64,000 nt of DNA from contig JBOEGF010000010.1 in NCBI GenBank assembly GCA_050633305.1, forward strand, positions 352,001 to 416,000. Reading direction: 5' to 3'. The notes under the pieces were generated by a model. The model had not been told where the DNA came from. It was given only the letters and a program-made list of their open reading frames with translations, and did not search any database. This stretch comes from Nannocystales bacterium (GTDB lineage: Bacteria; Myxococcota_A; Polyangia; Nannocystales; Nannocystaceae). The position numbers were made by a program, and so were the translations under genes. How positions within the stretch are numbered: the first letter of the stretch is position 1; every line of letters starts with the position of its first letter. Positions 40,288 through 52,630 of this stretch are shown in pieces.

Positions 40288-41817
40288 TCAGCCCTTGGGC
40301 TGCAAGTCGGTGCCGTACATCTTGATGGTGGCCTTGGGCAGGACCTCGCGGATTTGGCCTTCGATGGCAGCCGTCTCGCCCACGATGACGACGTGGGGGA
40401 TGGGGTGCATGTACTTCTTCGCGGCGTCCTGAACCTGCTGAGCGGTCACGGCCGAGATCGAGTCGCGGTAGCCTTTCCAGTAGTCGGTTGGGAGCCCGTA
40501 CGTCAAAGCAGCCCGCATCTTGGAGGCGATTTGTCCGGCTGTCTCGAGCTCCAGCGGGAACTGGCCCACGATGCGTGCCTTGGCAGTCTCGACCTCGGCG
40601 TCGGAGGGGAGCTCCTTTCGCATGCGCTCGAGGTGCCCAAACAACGCCGCCAGCATGTCCGCGGTGGATGCGTTGCGCGTTCGAGTGTTGATGTAGAAGG
40701 TGCCGGGCGCTTGCGCTTCGTCGACGTGGGACGCGACGTTGTACGCTAGACCCTTCTCCTCACGAACGTCGAGGAAGAGCCGTCCGGTGGCGCTTCCACC
40801 CAGGATCGAGTTGGCGAGTGTGAGGGCGGCCCAGTCCGGGTGGTTCCTCGCGATGGCGAGGTTGCCGATCATGATCTCGGCCTGCGCCGACCCCGGCCGA
40901 TCCACGAGATGGATGACAAGCTCGGTGGGAACCGCGTAGTCCTTGAACTTGTTGAGCGGGTTTCCTGGGAGCTGGCGCTTGGTGGTGGACTTCCAGCGGC
41001 CCAGCGTGCGCTTCACCAGCGGCTTGGCTTCGGCCACGGTGATGTCGCCTGAGAGCACGAGGAACGAGTTGTTCGCGCGGTAGAAGGTCTCGTGGAACTC
41101 GCGAAGGTCGGCGACCTTGATCGCGTCCACGTCCTGCGCGGTGGGGGGGAGAAGCCCGTACGGGTGGCCCTCGGGGTACGCCACGTGGTCGAACAGCATG
41201 CCAGCGAGGTAGCCGGGGCTGCCCGCGTTCATGCTGAGGCTGGTCTTGACCTGCTGCTTCTGCTTCTCGAGGGCTTCCTCGGGAAACAGGGGGTTCATGA
41301 CTTGGTCGGAGAGCAGGGTGAGACCGAGCTTGAGGTCCTTGCCCAGGGTTCGAGTGAACACGAAGCTGTTGTGGACGCTGGCGCTCTCCCCGAGGCTACC
41401 GCCGACAAACTCGATGGCCTCGTCGATCTTGGCCTTGCTTCGAGCTCGGGTGCCTTCACCGAGCATGTTGGCGGTGATACCCGCGACGATGTCGTTGTCC
41501 ATGCTGCCGGCTCGAACGACGAGCGTGCTGGAGACGATCGGAACCTCGTGGTTCTCGACGATGTAGACCGTGAGGCCGTTGTCGAGCTGGAATTGCGCGG
41601 CGGACGGGAAGTCGACCGGCTGCGGGGCGCCGGGTCCCGGAGGCGAGGGGTACTCGCGTTCGGCGACCGGCTCAGGCTCGGGCTCGGGTTCGGGCTCAGG
41701 CTCGGGCTGTGGTGCCGGGGCGGGTGCGGGGGCTTCGGTGGAGGTCTTCACCTTGCAGCCCGTGCCCAAACTGAGCGCGAGCGCGAGGGACGACAGCGAT
41801 ACGATGGAAGTGCGCAT
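40288..41817 (-). CDS. M16B peptidase, non-catalytic subunit (lipoprotein)
   Basis: LDNGL, HPY, RLFLDVREEKGLAY. No HxxEH motif. Lipobox GTGC. Confidence 0.88.
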   Translation of the reverse strand: MRTSIVSLSSLALALSLGTGCKVKTSTEAPAPAPAPQPEPEPEPEPEPEPVAEREYPSPPGPGAPQPVDFPSAAQFQLDNGLTVYIVENHEVPIVSSTLVVRAGSMDNDIVAGITANMLGEGTRARSKAKIDEAIEFVGGSLGESASVHNSFVFTRTLGKDLKLGLTLLSDQVMNPLFPEEALEKQKQQVKTSLSMNAGSPGYLAGMLFDHVAYPEGHPYGLLPPTAQDVDAIKVADLREFHETFYRANNSFLVLSGDITVAEAKPLVKRTLGRWKSTTKRQLPGNPLNKFKDYAVPTELVIHLVDRPGSAQAEIMIGNLAIARNHPDWAALTLANSILGGSATGRLFLDVREEKGLAYNVASHVDEAQAPGTFYINTRTRNASTADMLAALFGHLERMRKELPSDAEVETAKARIVGQFPLELETAGQIASKMRAALTYGLPTDYWKGYRDSISAVTAQQVQDAAKKYMHPIPHVVIVGETAAIEGQIREVLPKATIKMYGTDLQPKG

Positions 41818-41830
41818 GGTCCGGAGTCCT

Positions 41831-43216
41831 CTAGGGCTTGGGCACGATCTCGAGCGTGAACCAGTCATCGCCCAGATAGGTGTTGGCAACACGCTTGATG
41901 TCCTTCGAGGTGACGGCTTGCGTCAGCTCGAGGTCGCGGAGAACGAACAGAGGGTCATCGTTGAACAGGGCGCCCTGCACGATCTGGAAGGCTCGGCCGT
42001 TGTTCGTCGCGAGTGCGCCGACGGTGTCGACGGTGGCTCGGTTTTTGGCCTTGGTCAGGTCGCGGCTGCTCACGCCCCGCTTCTTGACCTTGTCGACTTC
42101 CTCTTTGACGACGGCTTGGATGTCGGCGAAGGAGTTCCCCGGGAGGGGAATGAAGCCAGCCATCTCGCTGCCTGCATTGCGTCCACCCGCGGTTCCCATC
42201 GGCAGCGCTGCGACGACCATCTTCTTGTCGTCGGTGAGAATCTTGGTGATACGGGCCGACTCTCCACGCAGGAGCATGCTCATCAGGAGCTCCAGCGCAG
42301 GTCGGTCGGGGTGATCGTGGGGGACCGTCTTCCAGCCGACGACGAACAGAGGCTGCCGCGCGTGGGGGTCCTCGCTTCGCTTCACCACCGCTTTCTGCGC
42401 GTGGTCGACGTTCTTTCGAGGGGTCCGGGACTCGCCCTTGGGGATGTCCCCGTAGAACTTCTCGATCTTCGTCTTTACCTCGGCCACATCGACGTCACCG
42501 ACGATGGTGATGACGGCGTTGTTGGGGACGTAGTACTTGTCGAAGAACGCTTGGACGTCGGCGGTCTTGGCGGCGGTGAGGTCGGCTTGCGACCCAATCG
42601 TCGTGTGTCCGTAGCCGGTTCCTTCCCACAACGAGGAACGGAACTGACTGAGCGCCTGCGCGTAGGGCTGGTTCTCGTACCGCATCGCGCGCTCTTCTTT
42701 GACGGCGCTGCGCTGGTTCTCGAAGTTCTCGTCGGTGATGACCAGCGAGCGCAGACGGTCGCTCTCGAGCCACAGGATCATGTCCAGGTAGTGGCTGGGC
42801 AGTACGGCGAAGTACTGCGTGACGTCGGCGCTTGTGAACGCGTTCATCACTCCGCCGACGCCCAGGACGTTCTTGAAGTAGCCACCGTCGGGCACGTTCT
42901 CGCTGCCCTTGAACATCATGTGCTCGAAGAGGTGCGCGAACCCGCTGCGGCCGTCTTCCTCGTCCTGCGACCCCACCTCGAAGGCGGTGTGCATCGCAAA
43001 CGCGGGGACCGAGTGGTCCTCGACGACGTAGACCCGCAGGCCGTTGTCGAGTGTGAACGACTCGACCGTCAGTTCCACCCCGAGGGCGGAACCGGTGGTC
43101 TTGACGGTGCCAGAGGGCGCTGCGGCGGTCGTCGCTTTCGGCGTTTCGGCGTTCGCAGGGGCGGCCAAGCCAACGCTGGCCGCGAGCAGGAGTTGCGTCG
43201 GGAAGTTCCAGAGCAT
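41831..43216 (-). CDS. M16B zinc peptidase, catalytic subunit
   Basis: GFAHLFEHMMFKGS (HxxEH), NAFTS, VKEER, YYVPNNA. Confidence 0.92.
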   Translation of the reverse strand: MLWNFPTQLLLAASVGLAAPANAETPKATTAAAPSGTVKTTGSALGVELTVESFTLDNGLRVYVVEDHSVPAFAMHTAFEVGSQDEEDGRSGFAHLFEHMMFKGSENVPDGGYFKNVLGVGGVMNAFTSADVTQYFAVLPSHYLDMILWLESDRLRSLVITDENFENQRSAVKEERAMRYENQPYAQALSQFRSSLWEGTGYGHTTIGSQADLTAAKTADVQAFFDKYYVPNNAVITIVGDVDVAEVKTKIEKFYGDIPKGESRTPRKNVDHAQKAVVKRSEDPHARQPLFVVGWKTVPHDHPDRPALELLMSMLLRGESARITKILTDDKKMVVAALPMGTAGGRNAGSEMAGFIPLPGNSFADIQAVVKEEVDKVKKRGVSSRDLTKAKNRATVDTVGALATNNGRAFQIVQGALFNDDPLFVLRDLELTQAVTSKDIKRVANTYLGDDWFTLEIVPKP

Positions 43217-43383
43217 GGACGGGCCTCGAACGCGCGAACCGTATCAGGCCCGGGAGAAACCCACCACGCACGGTCGCGGACGGCGAGCCCGCACGAGCGT
43301 GGCCGCTGCAAAAGCCGTGACTTAGCTCCCGCCTCGGGTCCGCGCCCGGCCGGGTGCTGTGCCGGTTTGGGGACCGCGCGGGC

Positions 43384-46698
<3,315 letters not shown>

Positions 46699-46808
46699 GC
46701 CGGGCTACAGATCGCCGCCGGACATATGGCTAGGGCTCGGATGACGCATGGGCGCAATAGGCGCGAATGAAGGCCTGGGGACTGCAAACCCCGACAGTGT
46801 GGGGGCTG

Positions 46809-48239
46809 TCAGCGGCTTGCGTACATCTGGTGGAAATACTCCCTCAGGACGGCTTCTGCGTGCTCGGGGGGGAGCGCATCCAACACACGGTTGATCGCTG
46901 CGGATTCGTTCGCTGTGCGGGCGGGGTCCGTGCCAATCGCGGAAACCGCGTCCGGGATCGACAGCTGGCCGGCGACGAAGGCCGCGGCCATAGCGGCCAT
47001 CGGGTCGGCTGCGGGAGTGTCCTGTACAGCGGTCACTTGCAGGGCTGCGACACACTCGCTCAGGTCTGCCAGGAACGCCTCCCGGTGAGGCACGTTGATC
47101 GGCGTGACGGTGAGGTGGACCGATTTGGGCACGTGATCGTGCCCGAACTGCGGTTGGATGTACCAGTTCCGCTCTCGCATCGCGTCGACGAGCGCGAAGA
47201 CATCGAGGGACTCCGAGCCGAATGCGAGCAGGCTGCCGTCGGGTTCGCCGAGTACCTGGAGCCCGTCGATCGTATTGATCGCCGTGCACAGGTCGAGGAC
47301 GCAGGCCCGCACCTCGGTCTGCAACTCTCTATAGCGGCTCGCGCCGATGTACCGCAGGACCGCCCACGCAGCCGCGACGGACGCTCCTCCACGGCTGCTT
47401 TGTACGGTGGCGTTGGTGATGCCGTATCCAGCCCATCGGGTGTGGGCGAACAGCTGGTGTCGACGCAGGTCCGGGTTGGCGTACATCACGACGGATGCCC
47501 CTTTGGGGCAGTACCCGTGTTTGTGAAGATCGAGTGACATCGAGGTTACACCCGGTACGCGGAAGTCGAAGGCCGGCACCGCGTGGCCAGCCTGCTCGAG
47601 GAAGGGGAGAAAGAACCCGCCAACGCAGGCGTCGACGTGCATGAGGGTGCCCCGAGCCGCTGCGGCTGCCGCCAGTTCGGGAATCGGATCGATGACACCT
47701 TGCGCATACGAAGGGGCCGAGCCCACGACCATGACCGTGTTTTCGTCGATGGCGGCGGCCATGGCTTCGGGGTCCGCCCGGAAGTCCTTTCGAACCGGAA
47801 CCGAGGTGACGTCCAACCCGAAGTAATGCGCCGCTTTGTGGAATGCGGGGTGAACGGAGTCGGGGACGACGAGGCGTGGCCGGTCGATTCCACGTTCGGT
47901 GCGACCGTGGTCTCGCGCCGTCTTGACCGCGAGCAGGATGCTCTCCGTCCCGCCGGAGGTGAAGTTGCCGACGGCTCCGTCGCCGTGGGCGAGCTCGGAG
48001 GCGATCTGAACCACCTCGTTCTCCATTCGAACCAGGCTGGGAAACGACGTCGGGTCCAGCGCGTTCTCGGTCATGAACGCGGTGTAGGCACGCTTGGCGA
48101 CGGCGCCGACATCTTTGCCCGCGCTGAACACGTACGCGAAACAACGCCCCGCGCTCCAGTCGAGGTCGTGTTCGCGAATCTCGTCGAACGCGGCGTCGAT
48201 CGCTTCCGGGCTCAGTCCTCCGTCTTCCAGCGCATCCAT
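46809..48239 (-). CDS. PLP-dependent group II decarboxylase, sphingosine-1-phosphate-lyase-like
   Basis: NALDPTSFPS, TSGGTESILLA, HPAFHKAA, HVDACVGG, SLDLHKHG (PLP Lys), SRGG. Confidence 0.85.
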   Translation of the reverse strand: MDALEDGGLSPEAIDAAFDEIREHDLDWSAGRCFAYVFSAGKDVGAVAKRAYTAFMTENALDPTSFPSLVRMENEVVQIASELAHGDGAVGNFTSGGTESILLAVKTARDHGRTERGIDRPRLVVPDSVHPAFHKAAHYFGLDVTSVPVRKDFRADPEAMAAAIDENTVMVVGSAPSYAQGVIDPIPELAAAAAARGTLMHVDACVGGFFLPFLEQAGHAVPAFDFRVPGVTSMSLDLHKHGYCPKGASVVMYANPDLRRHQLFAHTRWAGYGITNATVQSSRGGASVAAAWAVLRYIGASRYRELQTEVRACVLDLCTAINTIDGLQVLGEPDGSLLAFGSESLDVFALVDAMRERNWYIQPQFGHDHVPKSVHLTVTPINVPHREAFLADLSECVAALQVTAVQDTPAADPMAAMAAAFVAGQLSIPDAVSAIGTDPARTANESAAINRVLDALPPEHAEAVLREYFHQMYASR

Positions 48240-48323
48240 TCGGGTCAGTCTGACACTCGGTGCCATTACGATCAAGCCGGCCTGACGATTCCTTCCGGAA
48301 GGCCGTCTGGTGACCTCAGCCGT

Positions 48324-49568
48324 TCAATCGAGGCTGGTGGGTGCCGGCGGGGAGGCGTCAGGTCGTTGTCGCGCGATTCGGTCGTCGAGCCAGTCCCCGA
48401 TCGCTTCGATCACGGGGAGCGAGCGTAACGATACCAGCAGATCGAAGCTGTGGTGGGCACCGGGGACGGTGGTGAACCGAACCGGGTTGTCGCTGACGGC
48501 GCGAAGCTCGGTGACGAAGTCCTTCGCGTCCTCGAGCGGAACCATGGAGTCGCGGCTCCCGTGCACGACGAAGAACGGCGGTGCGTTGGTGTGGACGCGA
48601 TGAATCGGTGACGCCTCTTCGAAGCGCTCGGGCTCGTCCTCGTAGAAGGCCTTGAGGAACAACGGCTCGATCAGCATGGAGTGGAACCCCGGCGCATGCC
48701 GCTTCTTGACGTTGGTCAGATCGAAGACGGCGTACATCGGAACCGCGGCTTGCACGGAGCAGTCGGCGTCTTCGAAGCCCGGTTGCAAGGCGGGGTCGCC
48801 CTGGGTGAGGCCGACCATGGCTGTGATGTGTCCTCCTGCGGAGCCACCGATGATGGTGACGAACGCTGGATCAACTCCGTACTCCTCGGCGTGCTCCCGC
48901 ACCCAGGCGATCGCACGTTTGACGTCGACGAGGTGGTCCGGCCACGTAGCTCCGGGGGAGAGGCGGTAGCTGACGTTGAAACACACGTGTCCGCGGTCGG
49001 AGAGCAGTGCCATCAAGGGGATGCCTTGCTCGGTCCTGCTGCCGACGACCCACCCTCCACCATGGACATGGACGACCGCCGGACGTGGACCCTCGAACGT
49101 CTTGGGCGGGTGGTAGACGTCGAGGCGGAGGCGCTGGCCGGACACGCGCGCGAACTCGATGCCGCGGGTGACGCGCTGCTGAGAGAGACGGTATGGAAAA
49201 GGCCAGAGAATCCGGGCCCACGGAAGCCGGCGATCGCGGGAGAACTCGGGCACATCGCGGTGCAGCGTCGCGGTGGTTCGAATCGAGGAGATGAGCTGGC
49301 CGAGTAGAAGCGCAGTCGCGAGGCCGGAGAAACCGAGCGAGAGCCAGCCAGCCCACCCGCGTGGCTCGCCGAACCATGCCGCCAAGCCAAGCCCTGCGAG
49401 CAGGAGCGGCAGGATGAACACGGAGGTCTCGGCAAGCAGCGTTCCGGCGAGAAAGCTCGGGAGCAGCAGCACGCGGGAACGCCGGATGGGTGCGACCGCA
49501 TTGATCGCCAACGCAGCCAACGACGCAGCGATCACGAGAGAACCCCACCCGAGCAGCTCGATCAGCAT
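48324..49568 (-). CDS. Membrane-anchored HSL-family esterase/lipase
   Basis: N-terminal TM segments, HGGGW, YRLSP, GGSAGG, HGSRD, HHSF. Confidence 0.88.
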   Translation of the reverse strand: MLIELLGWGSLVIAASLAALAINAVAPIRRSRVLLLPSFLAGTLLAETSVFILPLLLAGLGLAAWFGEPRGWAGWLSLGFSGLATALLLGQLISSIRTTATLHRDVPEFSRDRRLPWARILWPFPYRLSQQRVTRGIEFARVSGQRLRLDVYHPPKTFEGPRPAVVHVHGGGWVVGSRTEQGIPLMALLSDRGHVCFNVSYRLSPGATWPDHLVDVKRAIAWVREHAEEYGVDPAFVTIIGGSAGGHITAMVGLTQGDPALQPGFEDADCSVQAAVPMYAVFDLTNVKKRHAPGFHSMLIEPLFLKAFYEDEPERFEEASPIHRVHTNAPPFFVVHGSRDSMVPLEDAKDFVTELRAVSDNPVRFTTVPGAHHSFDLLVSLRSLPVIEAIGDWLDDRIARQRPDASPPAPTSLD

Positions 49569-49572
49569 CCCG

Positions 49573-50856
49573 TCACCTGCAGCCCAAATCGATCAGCCGG
49601 CGCGTCTTGGCAGCTTGGCGAAGCTCCGCGCGAAAGTCGGGATGGGCGACCTCGATGAGCAGCTCGGCCCGCTCTCGGAGCGAGCGCCCTCGGAGGTTGA
49701 CCGCGCCAAACTCGGTCACGACCCATTGCACATGACCTCGGGTTGTGACGACTCCAGCTCCGGGTTGCAGCCGCGGCACGATGCGCGAGGCCTGGCCGTG
49801 ACACGCCGTGGAAGGGAGGGCGATGACGGCAGCTCCGCCCGGGCTACGTAGCGCGCCCTGGACGAAGTCCATTTGGCCCCCAATCCCGCTGTAGATCCGC
49901 TCTCCAACCGAGTCCGCGCAGACTTGGCCGGTGAGGTCGACCTGCAACGCCGAGTTGATCGCGACCATCTGGTGCTGCTTCTTGATCTCGTTGGGGTCGT
50001 TGACGACATGCGAGGGATGGAACTCGACGAACGGGTTCTCGTGCACGAATGCGTGGAGGGTCTCGGACCCGGCGGCAAACGAGGTGACGACCCTGCGCTC
50101 GAAGCGTGTCTTGTGGTGGCCATTGATGACGCCCGCGGTGGCCAGCCCGAGCAAGCCGTCGCTGAACATCTCGGTGTGAACACCGAGTCCTTCGTGTTTC
50201 CCGAGCGCGGCGAGCACTGCGTTGGGCACTTTGCCGATGCCGACCTGGATGGTGGCGCCGTTGGGAACAAGGTCTGCGACGTGCCCGCCGATTGCCTCTT
50301 CTGTTGCACCGAACGCGGCCGGGGTCATTCGCGGCAACGACGTGTCGACCTCGATTGCGAAGTCGATCTCGTTGACGTGCACGGCGGAGTTGCCCAGGGT
50401 GCGTGGCACTTGCGGGTTGATCTGCGCGACGACGATCTTGGCCGCCTCGATCGCGGGCAGAGCACACGCCACCGACAACCCGAGGCGGCAGTACCCGTGT
50501 TCGTCCGGTGGAGAGACCTGGATCAGGGCCACATCGAGCGGCAAGGAGGCGTGGAACATCGAGGGGACTTCGCCCAAGAAGACGGGCGTGAAATCGGCCC
50601 GACCCTCGGCGACCGCTTGCCGGGTGTTGGGGCCCACGAAGAGCGCGTTGTGGCGGAGGTGTCCGTCCAGCGAGGGGTGGACGTGGGGTGCGTCACCATC
50701 GACATGCAGGTGGACGACCTCCACACCCTCCAACTCCGGGGCCCGTGCGACCAGGGCCTCCAGGAGCGCGTGCGGGACCATCGAGGCCTCGTGCACGTAG
50801 ACGCGCTGGTGGGAGTGCACGCAGGCGACGGCGGACTCGGGATTGCAGATCTTCAT
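49573..50856 (-). CDS. Acetyl-CoA hydrolase/transferase (4-hydroxybutyrate CoA-transferase type)
   Basis: QVSPPDEHG, QVGIG, HTEM, GQVCADS, SGIGGQMDF, VVTEFG, AHPDFR. Confidence 0.92.
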   Translation of the reverse strand: MKICNPESAVACVHSHQRVYVHEASMVPHALLEALVARAPELEGVEVVHLHVDGDAPHVHPSLDGHLRHNALFVGPNTRQAVAEGRADFTPVFLGEVPSMFHASLPLDVALIQVSPPDEHGYCRLGLSVACALPAIEAAKIVVAQINPQVPRTLGNSAVHVNEIDFAIEVDTSLPRMTPAAFGATEEAIGGHVADLVPNGATIQVGIGKVPNAVLAALGKHEGLGVHTEMFSDGLLGLATAGVINGHHKTRFERRVVTSFAAGSETLHAFVHENPFVEFHPSHVVNDPNEIKKQHQMVAINSALQVDLTGQVCADSVGERIYSGIGGQMDFVQGALRSPGGAAVIALPSTACHGQASRIVPRLQPGAGVVTTRGHVQWVVTEFGAVNLRGRSLRERAELLIEVAHPDFRAELRQAAKTRRLIDLGCR

Positions 50857-50956
50857 CGCGCGCGCCCGCAGTGTGGCATGGGCGGGGATGCCCTGCAGGC
50901 GGAGGGAGCACGCCGACTTCCTTGGGCGCATCGGCGGGTTGAGGCATGCTCTGGCG

Positions 50957-51367
50957 ATGCTGGCCCTGGGTCTCACGCTGCTGCTCCTCGACCCGCCGGA
51001 CTGGTCGGCTTGCGAGACGGGCCCGTGGGGAGCGGACGCTGCAGACACCCTGGGGTGGATGCGGGACGAGGTCGTGCCGGGCGCGAACGACCGTTCATTC
51101 TATGTCCGCATCTGCGGTATGCCGATGGGGTTCGGATACACCCAGGTGTTGGTGGCGGTGTGGGACGGACGACCTGCCGGGCGCCCAGCCAACGTTCGTG
51201 CTGAGCAGGGCGTGACGGCATGCTCCGACACCAAGCTCGAGCCTGAGCCGAAGGGCCTACGCGTTCGAACGCCAGCTTGCGCGTACCACGACGAAGAGCC
51301 GACGGGGTCCTTGCAGACCCGGCTGCGCTGGCTGGACGATGCGCCGTTCGTGACCGTGGTGGATTGA
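50957..51367 (+). CDS. Small secreted hypothetical protein
   Basis: Hydrophobic N-terminus MLALGLTLLLL, four Cys. Fills the gap between its neighbours. Confidence 0.5.
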   Translation: MLALGLTLLLLDPPDWSACETGPWGADAADTLGWMRDEVVPGANDRSFYVRICGMPMGFGYTQVLVAVWDGRPAGRPANVRAEQGVTACSDTKLEPEPKGLRVRTPACAYHDEEPTGSLQTRLRWLDDAPFVTVVD

Positions 51368-51439
51368 CCGCGTTATCGTCCGAGAATGCAGCCTCCATCC
51401 TCGCTCCCCGCAAGGCTCAGTGGACCCGACGTCGCCAAC

Positions 51440-52108
51440 ATGTCCGAGCGGGTTCCGGGCAGCTACGAGTTGCGTGGGCAGATCGCGCAGACGGTGACGG
51501 TTGCGCTGGAGTCAGGACAAGCGATGTGGGCCTGCAAGGGGGCGATCCTTTCTCACGACGCGGGGGTTCAATGGCAGCTCAAGGTTCCCGGCGCGGCGGT
51601 TTCTCGCATGCTCTCGGGCGAAGGGCTGGCGCTCACCCACATCACCGGGCAACAGCCAGGTGCCACAGTGACCCTGTCGGCCAATCAGACCGGGAAGGTC
51701 GCGGTGTGGGACCTGGCATGGGGCCCCGTAACCTGCACGTCAGGATCGTTTCTCGGGGCGATCGGTGACGTGAAGATCGACGTCACCGTGGCTCGTCGGT
51801 TTGGGGCCGCATTGTTCGGGGGCGCCGGGTTCCTGCTTCAGAAGCTGTCGGGGCAGGGCTTGGTGTTCATCCACGGGTCGGGAGACTTCGTCGAACGCGA
51901 CCTCGAACCGGGCGAGGAGGTCACGGTGTCCACGGGGAACCTCGCCGCCTTCGGCTCTGGCGTTGGCTACGACGTCGTCGGTGTGGGCGGATGCTTGAAG
52001 GTGTTGTTCGGCCGCGAGGGACTGTTCATGACCCGAATGACCGGACCAGGGCGCGTGCTCATGCAGAGCATGAAGCGCCAGCGGCTGCAGCCCGGTCGGC
52101 AGGGGTGA
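51440..52108 (+). CDS. AIM24 (TIGR00266) family protein
   Basis: SGEGL, FGGAGFLLQKLSGQGLVF, FGREGLF, GPGRVLMQS. Confidence 0.88.
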   Translation: MSERVPGSYELRGQIAQTVTVALESGQAMWACKGAILSHDAGVQWQLKVPGAAVSRMLSGEGLALTHITGQQPGATVTLSANQTGKVAVWDLAWGPVTCTSGSFLGAIGDVKIDVTVARRFGAALFGGAGFLLQKLSGQGLVFIHGSGDFVERDLEPGEEVTVSTGNLAAFGSGVGYDVVGVGGCLKVLFGREGLFMTRMTGPGRVLMQSMKRQRLQPGRQG

Positions 52109-52147
52109 GGTTCGGCGGCTCCCGTCGTCCGGGGGGAGTGAGTCGCC

Positions 52148-52585
52148 CTACATCACGGCGATCAGGACCCATGTGAGCCCGAGGAGCACGAGGAGCGCTC
52201 CCACGACCGAGCTGACGCCGACGATTCGCCAGTAGAGAAGCTGGTGCCCAAGTGTGCCCTCGAGGTCGCTCAGCAAGCCTCGTTCGCCCACCTTTCGCGC
52301 CGTCGCAGCTGCCGAGCGGAGATGCAGACCACAGGCGATGCCCAACCCGGCGCCCACGAAGTGCGGGAGGATGGCGATGAACCCCAACCGTCCGAGGTCC
52401 GTGAATGCGATCGCACCGACCGCGGCCAAGGCGGAGAAGCCACCGCTGGCCAAGGTGACCCACGCCACGATGCGGAGGTAGATCGCGCTCTGGCGAACGG
52501 TTTCGATCACCAATGTGCTGACGTGCCCCGCGTCAAGGAGTCCCTCTTGCAACTCAACTCGGTTCTCTGCGCCTCGCATGCACAA
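52148..52585 (-). CDS. Hypothetical membrane protein (three TM segments)
   Basis: Three hydrophobic segments, downstream of gspD on the same strand. Start uncertain. Confidence 0.6.
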   Translation of the reverse strand: MCMRGAENRVELQEGLLDAGHVSTLVIETVRQSAIYLRIVAWVTLASGGFSALAAVGAIAFTDLGRLGFIAILPHFVGAGLGIACGLHLRSAAATARKVGERGLLSDLEGTLGHQLLYWRIVGVSSVVGALLVLLGLTWVLIAVM

Positions 52586-52630
52586 CGAGACGTGCGGGGC
52601 TCAACGCTGTTGCAGAGAATCGCACGGGAA

